Shown here: positions 27,627-36,463 of the stretch, in pieces
How positions within the stretch are numbered: position 1 is the stretch's first letter
How the letters are laid out: the number at the start of each line of letters is the position of its first letter
The notes under the pieces: model-generated
What the model was told of the DNA's origin: nothing
Seen by the model: only the letters and a program-made list of their open reading frames with translations
Database searches by the model: none
Position numbers and translations under genes: made by a program
DNA from: an uncultured Bacteroidota bacterium
GTDB taxonomy: Bacteria; Bacteroidota; Bacteroidia; UKL13-3
Reading direction: 5' to 3'
NCBI GenBank assembly: GCA_903883965.1
Contig: CAISCU010000043.1
Location: 64,050 to 128,049 of the forward strand
DNA length: 64,000 nt

Positions 27627-30446
27627 ATGCCTAAAGATTCAAGTATTCATTCGGTTTTAATTATTGGAAGTGGTCCTATCATTATTGGGCAAGCATGTGA
27701 GTTTGATTACAGTGGAAGTCAGGCTGCTAGGTCCTTGAAAGAAGAAGGAATTAAGGTGGTATTGATCAATAGCAATCCGGCCACCATTATGACCGATCCG
27801 GTAACTGCTGACCATGTTTATTTGTTGCCTTTGAATTCAGATTCAATTGTTAAAATATTAGAAGAACACCAAATAGACGCGGTTTTACCAACCATGGGCG
27901 GACAAACTGCTTTAAACCTTGCTATTGAATGTGAAGAAATAGGAATTTGGCAAAAGTATGGAGTTCGCATGATTGGTGTAGATACCAAAGCTATTGACAC
28001 TACCGAAAACAGAGAAAAGTTCAGACAAAAAATGATTGAGATTGGGGTTGGGGTAGCACCTTCACGAACAGCAAATTCATTTTTAGAAGGTAAAGAGATT
28101 GCGCAAGAAATAGGTTTTCCCTTGGTAATCAGACCTTCTTATACACTAGGTGGAACCGGAGGCGGTTTTGTTTGGAGTAAAGAAGAATTAGATGGGGCAT
28201 TGCAAAAAGGACTAACCGCATCTCCTACGCATGAAGTGTTGGTTGAGAAAGCGGTTTTTGGTTGGAAAGAATTTGAATTGGAATTGTTAAGGGATAAAAA
28301 CGACAGTGTAGCCATTATTTGTACCATTGAGAACTTTGACCCAATGGGAATTCACACAGGAGACTCAATTACTGTAGCACCAGCAATGACCTTGAGTGAT
28401 ACCTGTTTTCAACGAATGAGAACAATGGCCATTGAAATGATGCGCAGCATTGGAAATTTTGCTGGCGGTTGTAATGTTCAATTTGCTGTCAACCCAGAAG
28501 ATGAACAAATTATTGCTGTCGAAATCAACCCAAGGGTATCGAGGTCTTCTGCATTGGCATCAAAAGCAACGGGTTATCCAATTGCAAAAATTGCAGCCAA
28601 GTTGGCAATTGGTTACCATTTAGATGAGTTAAAAAACCCAGTTACACAAACTACATCTGCCTATTTTGAACCAGCAATTGATTACGTAATAGTAAAAATA
28701 CCTAGGTGGAATTTTGATAAGTTTAAGGGTTCAAACAAAACGCTTGGGCTTCAAATGAAAGCTGTAGGTGAAGTAATGGGTATAGGTAGAAATTTTGTGG
28801 AGGCGTTTCAGAAAGCCACTCAAAGTCTTGAAATCAAGAGAAATGGTTTGGGTGCAGATGGCTACCAACAAAGAAAATTGGAGGACATAGTAGAAAAACT
28901 AAAAAACCCGAGTTGGGATAGAATGTTTGCGGTTAAAGATGCTTTGAGCATGGGAATGCCTGTTTCTTCGTTGGAAAAAATTACAAAAATTGACCGTTGG
29001 TTTTTGAATCAAATTAACGATATGGTAAAGCTCGAGTCAGATACCAAGCGTTTTAATTTGAAAAATTTGCCAAAAGAATTGCTCATTGAACTCAAACAAA
29101 AAGGATACAGCGATATTCAGATTGCCTATTTATTAGGTGGAGATACTACCGAGGATGATATTTGGGACCTAAGAAAAGCTCAAGGTGTTCACAGAATATA
29201 TAAAATGGTTGATACCTGTGCAGCTGAGTTTGCTTCACCTACAAATTATTTTTACTCTACGTTTGATGGAGAGAATGAGAGCATTCCAAGCGACAAGAAA
29301 AAGATCATTGTTCTTGGTTCTGGTCCAAACAGAATTGGTCAAGGTATAGAGTTTGATTACTGCTGTGTTCATGGTTTATTGGCAGCAAAAGAGGCCGGTT
29401 TTGAAGCCATCATGATCAATTGTAATCCTGAAACAGTGAGTACAGATTTTGACATGGCCGATAAATTGTATTTTGAGCCAGTATTTTGGGAGACATTAAG
29501 AGAGGTTGTAGAATTAGAAAAACCAGAGGGGGTGATTGTACAATTGGGGGGTCAAACTGCGCTTAAATTAGCTAGAAAGCTACATGAGCACGGGATAAAA
29601 ATTATAGGTACAACATTCCCAGACATGGATATTTCAGAAGACAGAGGAAGTTTCTCTGACTTGTTAAAAGAACTAGACATTCCTTACCCTGATTACGGAG
29701 TGGCTGAAGATGCTGAAGAGGCCATTCAAGTAGCCAATAAAGTAGGGTATCCAGTATTGGTTAGACCTAGCTATGTGTTGGGTGGACAGGGAATGAAAAT
29801 TGTAATCAATGACGAAGAATTGGAGCAAGCTGTTATTGATTTATTGGGCGACTTACCTGGAAATAGAGTTTTAATTGATCACTTTTTAGATAGGGCTGAA
29901 GAAGCCGAAATTGATTTGATTTGTGACAAATCAGATGCGCACATTGTGGGTATGATGGAGCATATTGAACCAGCAGGTATTCATAGTGGAGATAGCTCTG
30001 CAGTATTGCCACCTTTTAGTTTGAGTGCTTCTGTTACCGAACAAATGGAAACTTACGCCAAAAAATTGGCCACCAAAATGCGAATCAATGGTTTGTTAAA
30101 CATCCAGTTTGCCATTAAAAACGAAAAAGTATACGTAATTGAGGCCAATCCAAGAGCCAGTAGAACAGTTCCTTTTATTGCAAAGGCTTACCAAATACCT
30201 TATGTAAACATTGCTACAAAAATCATGTTGGGTACCCATAAACTGAGTGATTTTACTTTTGAAAGGAAACTCACTGGTTATGCAATCAAAGAGCCAGTAT
30301 TTTCGTTTGAAAAATTTCCTGGAGTTAACAAAGAGTTAGGCCCTGAAATGAAATCAACAGGCGAGGCCATACGTTTTATTGCAGACTTGAACGACCCTTA
30401 CTTTAGAACACTTTACAAAGAAAAAAGCATGTATTTGAGTAGGTAG
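27627..30446 (+). CDS. carB: carbamoyl-phosphate synthase large subunit
   Basis: MPKDSSIHSVLIIGSGPIIIGQACEFDYSGSQA. The ATP-grasp module is duplicated (second copy KKIIVLGSGPNRIGQGIEFDYCCVH). ~939 aa. Confidence 0.93.
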   Translation: MPKDSSIHSVLIIGSGPIIIGQACEFDYSGSQAARSLKEEGIKVVLINSNPATIMTDPVTADHVYLLPLNSDSIVKILEEHQIDAVLPTMGGQTALNLAIECEEIGIWQKYGVRMIGVDTKAIDTTENREKFRQKMIEIGVGVAPSRTANSFLEGKEIAQEIGFPLVIRPSYTLGGTGGGFVWSKEELDGALQKGLTASPTHEVLVEKAVFGWKEFELELLRDKNDSVAIICTIENFDPMGIHTGDSITVAPAMTLSDTCFQRMRTMAIEMMRSIGNFAGGCNVQFAVNPEDEQIIAVEINPRVSRSSALASKATGYPIAKIAAKLAIGYHLDELKNPVTQTTSAYFEPAIDYVIVKIPRWNFDKFKGSNKTLGLQMKAVGEVMGIGRNFVEAFQKATQSLEIKRNGLGADGYQQRKLEDIVEKLKNPSWDRMFAVKDALSMGMPVSSLEKITKIDRWFLNQINDMVKLESDTKRFNLKNLPKELLIELKQKGYSDIQIAYLLGGDTTEDDIWDLRKAQGVHRIYKMVDTCAAEFASPTNYFYSTFDGENESIPSDKKKIIVLGSGPNRIGQGIEFDYCCVHGLLAAKEAGFEAIMINCNPETVSTDFDMADKLYFEPVFWETLREVVELEKPEGVIVQLGGQTALKLARKLHEHGIKIIGTTFPDMDISEDRGSFSDLLKELDIPYPDYGVAEDAEEAIQVANKVGYPVLVRPSYVLGGQGMKIVINDEELEQAVIDLLGDLPGNRVLIDHFLDRAEEAEIDLICDKSDAHIVGMMEHIEPAGIHSGDSSAVLPPFSLSASVTEQMETYAKKLATKMRINGLLNIQFAIKNEKVYVIEANPRASRTVPFIAKAYQIPYVNIATKIMLGTHKLSDFTFERKLTGYAIKEPVFSFEKFPGVNKELGPEMKSTGEAIRFIADLNDPYFRTLYKEKSMYLSR

Positions 30447-30460
30447 TTTGAACCTTAGGC

Positions 30461-30979
30461 TTAATCAAATATTTTACTTGGCTCAGGTACTCTGAAAACC
30501 AAGAAATTGGTTCCAAAAAAGTTTAAAAATACATTCAATCCAATTGCCAATAAATTGGAAACGAGTGGCCCGTTTTGGTTGAGCCAATTGGAGTATTCAC
30601 CATGCTCAAAATTCGATGCCAAATTGGCTATCCATACATTGGGATGTAAATAGTGGTCACATGCAAAATTGAAAACCAGGTACACAATAAAGGTGATGGC
30701 ATAAACCAATATGTATTTGAGTAAGTATTTTTCTCCGTCTTCTGTTTGGTCAATATAGGTCCAAAATTTATTGAGTGTAAAGCCCACAAAGAACCCCATA
30801 ACATAACCTATTCCCTTGGATAGTAAGTTGAGTGATGGGTATTGGTTCACTATGAGCCAAAAAACAGCCAAACTTACGGCAGCGCTTGTAGCTCCGACTA
30901 TTCCAAATTTTAGAAATTTTCTAAGCAATGGAAAACGTCTAAGCCAATTTCTAAAGCGATGAATCATAGCAACATTCAT
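30461..30979 (-). CDS. GtrA-family membrane protein
   Basis: 172 aa, four hydrophobic helices, and the N-terminal FLKFGIVGATSAAVSLAVFW pattern typical of GtrA-like proteins. Confidence 0.6.
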   Translation of the reverse strand: MNVAMIHRFRNWLRRFPLLRKFLKFGIVGATSAAVSLAVFWLIVNQYPSLNLLSKGIGYVMGFFVGFTLNKFWTYIDQTEDGEKYLLKYILVYAITFIVYLVFNFACDHYLHPNVWIANLASNFEHGEYSNWLNQNGPLVSNLLAIGLNVFLNFFGTNFLVFRVPEPSKIFD

Positions 30980-30993
30980 GACACAAAAAACAA

Positions 30994-31770
30994 TTATCCT
31001 TTGACCGCAATTAAGAAAATATCCCAGGTGCTGTCTAAATCTTGTTTTGTAAGGTAAAAATCGGAAGTGCCTATTGTTGCCACATCTTTATTTTGATTAT
31101 TGAGTTGAGCCCTCATTTTTGAAGTCAACCAATTGTATGGTACAACCAACCAAGACGCGGGCAATAACTTATGCAATCCCAATGGATCTAACTTGAGCAT
31201 TTTTTTTGCCCATTGCGCATTTTCATGGTAATAGTTGTTCACCTTTTCATTGCCCTGTAGCCCCTTTAATTCAATGTTTCCAAACACAGAACCAGCTTCC
31301 GTTTCCATTTCTTTGAATGTGTATTCGTGCACATGAAACGGATTACGTGCAATGCTCATTTTAATATTTGGTGTAGAGCAAAGGAATACGCCCCCAGGTT
31401 TTAAAACACGCTTCACCTCTTCCATAAATCCTTTGCGGTTTTCTATGTGCTCTATAAATTGAAACGCAGTTACTACGTCAAGGCTTTCATTTTCAAATGG
31501 CAATGGGGGTACACTGCAGGAAACAAAGTTGAGGTTTTGCAGGTGTTTGTGTTTTTCATTGGCAAGCTGAACAGTTACAGCGCTATAATCAACACCTGTT
31601 GTTTTTTGAGTAAAACCGGCTAGGTATTGGGTTCCGTAGCCGTCCGCACAACCAATATCTGCGGTAATTTTATCTTTTACATATGTTGCTGCAAACTCAT
31701 AAGCATAAAAACAACGCTTTACGGTTACGTTGTTACTGTCTTCGAAACTAGGTCTTTCTCTATCAAACAT
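30994..31770 (-). CDS. class I SAM-dependent methyltransferase
   Basis: Motif I ITADIGCADGYGTQYL, and post-I/II LDVVTAFQFIEHI...LKPGGVFLCSTP. Confidence 0.75.
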   Translation of the reverse strand: MFDRERPSFEDSNNVTVKRCFYAYEFAATYVKDKITADIGCADGYGTQYLAGFTQKTTGVDYSAVTVQLANEKHKHLQNLNFVSCSVPPLPFENESLDVVTAFQFIEHIENRKGFMEEVKRVLKPGGVFLCSTPNIKMSIARNPFHVHEYTFKEMETEAGSVFGNIELKGLQGNEKVNNYYHENAQWAKKMLKLDPLGLHKLLPASWLVVPYNWLTSKMRAQLNNQNKDVATIGTSDFYLTKQDLDSTWDIFLIAVKG

Positions 31771-31791
31771 TCTGATATATTCTTATCCTTA

Positions 31792-31799
31792 CAAAAATA
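31792..31799 (-). promoter_or_regulatory. Bacteroidota -7 promoter box (TATTTTTG on minus strand)
   Basis: Plus strand CAAAAATA, 21 nt upstream of ATG 31770. Confidence 0.5.
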
Positions 31800-31809
31800 C
31801 CAATTATAT

Positions 31810-31817
31810 TAACTTTG
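31810..31817 (+). promoter_or_regulatory. Bacteroidota -7 promoter box TAACTTTG
   Basis: Exact TAnnTTTG match 20 nt upstream of ATG 31838. Back-to-back with the minus-strand box at 31792-31799. Confidence 0.5.
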
Positions 31818-31837
31818 AAACAATTACTTTTAAAAGA

Positions 31838-32506
31838 ATGGAATTTAACCGCTTATATGCGTTTTTAACAGCGCTCAAAAAAAACAATAACAAGGCTTGG
31901 TTTGATGATAACAAGTCAGAATATCAAGAACTCAGAAGGTTTTGGATTGATTTTGTTGCCACCCTCTTGACCCAAATAAAAGAGAAGCACCCCGAACTGA
32001 ATAGCCTTGAACCCCCTAAATGCATTTTTAGAATAAACAAAGACATTCGGTTTTCTAAGGACAAATCACCATACAAGACCAATTTTGGTATGCAAATCAA
32101 TTTCTTAAATAGAAAAGACTTGTTTTGTGGTTATTACCTGCATATTGAACCCCAAAATACATTTGTTGCAGGGGGAATGTACATGCCACCAAGTGCTGCA
32201 TTATCTGCTATCAGGCAAGAAATAGACTACAACACAGAGGCGTTTACAGCACTTTTAAAGCAAAAAGAATTGATTGATATGTTTGGTTCTTTACAAGGAG
32301 AAAAGCTCGTAAAAGCCCCAAAAGGGTATGACTCAAATCACCCATTGATTGAATTGCTCAAACACAAAAGTTTTATCTTACAAAAACCATTTACAGAAAA
32401 AGCAGTTAAAAACACAAAAGCCTTTCAAGACGAACTGAATACAGCATTTAATTTGATGGATCCACTTTTGGCTTTCCTGCTTACTGCTGTTGAGGAAGTG
32501 AAATAA
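31838..32506 (+). CDS. DUF2461 (TIGR02453) family protein
   Basis: MEFNRLYAFLTALKKNNNKAWFDDNKSEYQE and FRINKDIRFSKDKSPYKTNFG match the family signature as I remember it. The track start 31730 lies inside the neighbouring gene. Confidence 0.65.
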   Translation: MEFNRLYAFLTALKKNNNKAWFDDNKSEYQELRRFWIDFVATLLTQIKEKHPELNSLEPPKCIFRINKDIRFSKDKSPYKTNFGMQINFLNRKDLFCGYYLHIEPQNTFVAGGMYMPPSAALSAIRQEIDYNTEAFTALLKQKELIDMFGSLQGEKLVKAPKGYDSNHPLIELLKHKSFILQKPFTEKAVKNTKAFQDELNTAFNLMDPLLAFLLTAVEEVK

Positions 32507-33491
32507 CAGCTCTTTTGGTATTTTCCATTTTTTTAACTGTTTCCTCCCATTCATCTTGTGGATTAGAATCAGCTGTAATGCCTGCCCCAGCATACAAACA
32601 ATAAATAGCAGAATGTGCCTGTAAGCAACGAAGATTGACATAAAGTTGAGCGCTACCATTTTTAAAAACAGGACCTACTATACCAGCATAAATTGCTCGC
32701 TTGTTTTTTTCAAGTTGTTCAATGAGCGTAATTGCTTTCTCCTTTTCAATACCTGCAACAGCAGGAGTGGGGTTCATGTTTTGAATGATATGCTTGTAAA
32801 CTGAGGGCTCTTGAACCAGCCCTTCAATAGTTGTTTTCAAGTGAAAAAGTTGCCCCGATTGGATTGTTTCAGTAGCTTGCTTAGCATATTGAATGCCGAG
32901 TTTCTGAAATTGATTTTCAATATATGTTGTTACCCAGTTTTGTTCTTCAAATTCTTTAGCAGTCCAAATTTGTTGACTGGTTTTGGTTCCTGCCAAAGCA
33001 TAGGTGTTAAAACGATTGCCATTGATAGATAAAAACACTTCAGGGCTTGCGCCAATCCAGCTGCCATACAATTTACTACTTGCTAAGTATACCAAAGCAT
33101 TTGGGTATGTTTTGCAAAGCGAATAAAAGCTTGCCAATAAATTTAATTTTTGAAAAACCAATTCGGCCCTTGCCAATACAACTTTATTTAAACTTGGGTT
33201 TGTACCAATAGCTGCTTGTATTGTATGAACCATTTCTACAAAAGCTTGTTGGGTTGTTTGAGTAATTGCCGGCTCCTTCAGTTCAAAATCTAAATCTAGT
33301 TCCTCATCTAAGCAAACAATTTGTTTGGTGTTGGGCTCTAAACGAATGAATTTGTTACCTGCATTGAATTCACCCAATACAAAAGCATCACTATCAAAGA
33401 GGGTTTCTGATTCATTGTTGTCATTAAAAAAACCTTCCCAATATGAAATTTCAGACTCTTGAGGTAGTTTAAATAAAACAAATTCAGACAT
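32481..33491 (-). CDS. menF: isochorismate synthase (menaquinone pathway)
   Basis: Chorismate-binding C-terminal signature PTPAVAGI...YAGIVGP...NLRC...YAGAGITADSNPQDEWEET. Confidence 0.8.
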   Translation of the reverse strand: MSEFVLFKLPQESEISYWEGFFNDNNESETLFDSDAFVLGEFNAGNKFIRLEPNTKQIVCLDEELDLDFELKEPAITQTTQQAFVEMVHTIQAAIGTNPSLNKVVLARAELVFQKLNLLASFYSLCKTYPNALVYLASSKLYGSWIGASPEVFLSINGNRFNTYALAGTKTSQQIWTAKEFEEQNWVTTYIENQFQKLGIQYAKQATETIQSGQLFHLKTTIEGLVQEPSVYKHIIQNMNPTPAVAGIEKEKAITLIEQLEKNKRAIYAGIVGPVFKNGSAQLYVNLRCLQAHSAIYCLYAGAGITADSNPQDEWEETVKKMENTKRAVISLPQQQ

Positions 33492-33495
33492 AAAC

Positions 33496-33924
33496 CTAAA
33501 CCGGAACTACAGCCATTGTTAAACGGCTAATTGAACACAAATTACCCTTGTCATCGGTCATTTTGATTTCCCATACCTGTGTTCTTTTGCCTATGTGGAG
33601 TGGTTTGGCGCAAGCATGAACAAATCCAGCTCCAACTGGTCGCAAGTGATTGGCGTTAATATCTAAGCCCAATGCAACAAATTTAGTTCTGTCAATACAC
33701 AAGTTTGCAGCCATACTGCCTGTTGTTTCTGCCAATGTGCAATAGGCACCTCCATTGACAACGCCAAGGGGTTGAACCGTTCTGTGGTCGACAGGCATTT
33801 TAGAACAAACAAAATCAGCCCCAATCTCTGTAAAAACAATCCCAATCCAGTGACTAAGGGTGTTTTCACAACGTTTATTGATTTCTTCTAGGGTGTGTTC
33901 AGAAACATGGAATAGTGCGCTCAT
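33496..33924 (-). CDS. PaaI/hotdog-fold thioesterase (likely 1,4-dihydroxy-2-naphthoyl-CoA hydrolase type)
   Basis: 142 aa, with NGGAYCTLAETTGSMAA and a HLRPV...GKRTQVWEIKM hotdog pattern. Sits 4 nt upstream of menF. Confidence 0.65.
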   Translation of the reverse strand: MSALFHVSEHTLEEINKRCENTLSHWIGIVFTEIGADFVCSKMPVDHRTVQPLGVVNGGAYCTLAETTGSMAANLCIDRTKFVALGLDINANHLRPVGAGFVHACAKPLHIGKRTQVWEIKMTDDKGNLCSISRLTMAVVPV

Positions 33925-35924
33925 AAATTGGCCTCCGGTCTGGTATATTTCATAATTTTATGATACAACTCTTCGGGTTTAAATGGTTTTGTTACAAAAT
34001 CATTCATCCCTGCTTCTAATACTTTTCGACGGGTTTCAATAAATGCATCTGCTGAAAGTGCTATAATTGGTATGTTTGTGTTTTTGATTTTACCATGGTC
34101 GGCTCGTATAATTTCTGCTGCTTGAAAACCACTGATTTCAGGCATTTGTAAATCCATTAAAACAATGTCAATATCATCGTGTTCTTCTAAATAAATAATG
34201 GCTTCTGCGCCATTATTTGCAACCAAAACATCGTTATTCCATTTTTTGAAAAACTGTTTAGCTACATATTGGTTCATGGTGTTGTCTTCTACCAATAAGA
34301 TTTTAACTTTTGACAAATCGTGAACCGAATTGTTGAACTTTGTTAAGTTGTCTTCAATGATTTCCTTGTGTCCTAATGAGTAGGGTATAATCACATAAAA
34401 ACTGGTTCCCTTGCCTACTTCACTGCTTAAATCAATGCTACCTCCCTGTAACAGTGTGAGGTTTTTGGTGATAGCTAAACCTAAACCCGTACCCCCATAT
34501 TTTCTGGTAGTATCAGCATTGGCTTGTGTAAAACTTTCAAAAATTTTATCTTGTTTGTCTTTTGGAATACCAATACCCGAATCGGTAACATTGAATTTTA
34601 CATAGACATTTGTACCTGTGTTCTGTTCAAGTGAAACCCGAACCGAAACTTTCCCAGAGGCTGTAAATTTTAAGGCGTTTCCAACCAAATTAAACAAAAT
34701 TTGATTCAACCTATAGGGGTCTCCAATGAGAGCGGGAGGGACATCTTCTTCAACAATGACATCAAATGCTAATTCTTTTTCATGTGCACGGTAATCAAAT
34801 GTTCGCTTGAGTTCCGACATGCGGTGACGGATATCAAAATCAATAGACTCGAATGTAATTTTACCAGCCTCAATTTTAGAAAAGTCTAATATATCATTGA
34901 TAATTACTAATAGATTGTCTGCCGAATATTTAATGGATTTTAAATTCTCAAGCGTACTTCCAGTATAACCCTCTTCAAGCAACAATTCACTTAAACCTAT
35001 GATTGCGTTCATAGGCGTTCTGATTTCGTGGCTCATGTTAGACAAAAATTCTGATTTTGTCTTAGCGGCTGCAATAGCTGCATTTCTGGCTTCTAATAGT
35101 TCATATTCGAACTTTTTATTTTCAGTGACGTCTTGCGAAAAAATAGCTACACCAGTTACCTCACCATGTTCATTGATAATAGGGTTAAAGGTTGTTTCGT
35201 ACCAAGGTATTTCTGTGAGCGCATTGCTAAAACTCACTTGTTCTAAAACCTGAAACTGTTCTCCTTTGAGACACCTGTTAACATTGGCTATGATACTTGT
35301 TTTTCTATCGTATGCAATTGGCAAATCGGTTAAACTGATATCGCTCTTAACAATCCCATGTAGCTTTAACAAGTGCTCTACATTTTCTTTGAAAGATGAA
35401 TTGAAAGAAATTAACTTTAGGTCCTTGTCAACAGCGTAAATTAAGTTTTTAGTGCTTTCTAAAATGGCATTGAGTCTGTTGTTGTTTTCAATGATTCCTT
35501 TTTCTGCAATGATTCTTTGTCTTTCAGCAACATTTAATCGAATACCAGTTAATACAACTTTTGAAATTTTATCGGGGTTAATCTCACTTTTAGTAAAATA
35601 GTCAAAAGCACCACTTTTAATCATTTCTACAGCAATTTTTTCATCACCGTGTGATGTCATAACTGCAACTGGTGTTTTTATATCAAGCTCGCGCATTTTA
35701 AGCAATACTTGGAGCCCATCTTCACCCGGCAATTGATAGTCTAAAAACACGCAATCAAAAAGCTGTTCGTGAAGTGCTTTTAGCCCATCGGGCGCATTGT
35801 TGCAAACAGTAAGACTGTGAATGAGGTCTGTTTTTTTTAACGAGCGTTGAAAACTCTGCACATCAACCTCGTCGTCTTCAATTAATAATATCCTATAGGT
35901 TGTTTTGTTTTCTTGTTCTGACAT
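33921..35924 (-). CDS. hybrid sensor histidine kinase/response regulator (REC-PAS-HisKA-HATPase-REC)
   Basis: N-terminal REC (YRILLIEDDEVD...LDYQLPGEDG), a PAS-like segment, H-box FLSNMSHEIRTPMNAI, G-boxes DSGIGIP and GGTGLGLAI, and a C-terminal REC (KILLVEDNTMNQ...MDLQMPEISG...KP). ATG 35924 is preferred over GTG 35951. Confidence 0.85.
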   Translation of the reverse strand: MSEQENKTTYRILLIEDDEVDVQSFQRSLKKTDLIHSLTVCNNAPDGLKALHEQLFDCVFLDYQLPGEDGLQVLLKMRELDIKTPVAVMTSHGDEKIAVEMIKSGAFDYFTKSEINPDKISKVVLTGIRLNVAERQRIIAEKGIIENNNRLNAILESTKNLIYAVDKDLKLISFNSSFKENVEHLLKLHGIVKSDISLTDLPIAYDRKTSIIANVNRCLKGEQFQVLEQVSFSNALTEIPWYETTFNPIINEHGEVTGVAIFSQDVTENKKFEYELLEARNAAIAAAKTKSEFLSNMSHEIRTPMNAIIGLSELLLEEGYTGSTLENLKSIKYSADNLLVIINDILDFSKIEAGKITFESIDFDIRHRMSELKRTFDYRAHEKELAFDVIVEEDVPPALIGDPYRLNQILFNLVGNALKFTASGKVSVRVSLEQNTGTNVYVKFNVTDSGIGIPKDKQDKIFESFTQANADTTRKYGGTGLGLAITKNLTLLQGGSIDLSSEVGKGTSFYVIIPYSLGHKEIIEDNLTKFNNSVHDLSKVKILLVEDNTMNQYVAKQFFKKWNNDVLVANNGAEAIIYLEEHDDIDIVLMDLQMPEISGFQAAEIIRADHGKIKNTNIPIIALSADAFIETRRKVLEAGMNDFVTKPFKPEELYHKIMKYTRPEANL

Positions 35925-35934
35925 TGGATTGAAT

Positions 35935-36363
35935 TTAGTCGGGGAACTCACAAAGTTTCCAATAGTTGTTTAAAGTTGAAACAGCCTCAATAAAGCGATC
36001 CATGCTCAAAGGCTTTAAAATATATCCTGCTACATTTAAGTTATAGGCATCTATTTTATCTCGGTCTTCATTTGAAGTAGTCATGATAAAAACACTTAAA
36101 TTTTTTAGGTGTTCATCTTGTCTAAGTTCTCTTAAAAATTCTATGCCACCCATTTTAGGCATGTTTAAATCAAGCAGAATTATTCTTGGCAATTCGCTTG
36201 GTTTTTCATGATGTGTTTTTCTTAAATATTGTAAAGCATCCAAGCCATTATTAGCTACCACGAGTGGGTTGGTAATGTTGTTTTTCTTGAAGGCTCTTTT
36301 TACATTCATTACATCTACTTCGTCGTCTTCTATGAGTAAGATGTTGATGATTTTTTCATTCAT
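35935..36363 (-). CDS. stand-alone response regulator (REC domain only)
   Basis: INILLIEDDEVD...ILLDLNMPKMGGIEFL...TTS...YILKP. ATG 36363 (MNEKIINILL) is preferred; the track start 36399 is a TTG. Confidence 0.85.
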   Translation of the reverse strand: MNEKIINILLIEDDEVDVMNVKRAFKKNNITNPLVVANNGLDALQYLRKTHHEKPSELPRIILLDLNMPKMGGIEFLRELRQDEHLKNLSVFIMTTSNEDRDKIDAYNLNVAGYILKPLSMDRFIEAVSTLNNYWKLCEFPD

Positions 36364-36463
36364 ATTTTTTTCAATAAAGCTTGAATTTACTTCAATCAAT
36401 GTTCAAGTAAATTACAAAACAGTTAACAATATCAGACATTTTTTCAATTAAAATACCGGCTTA

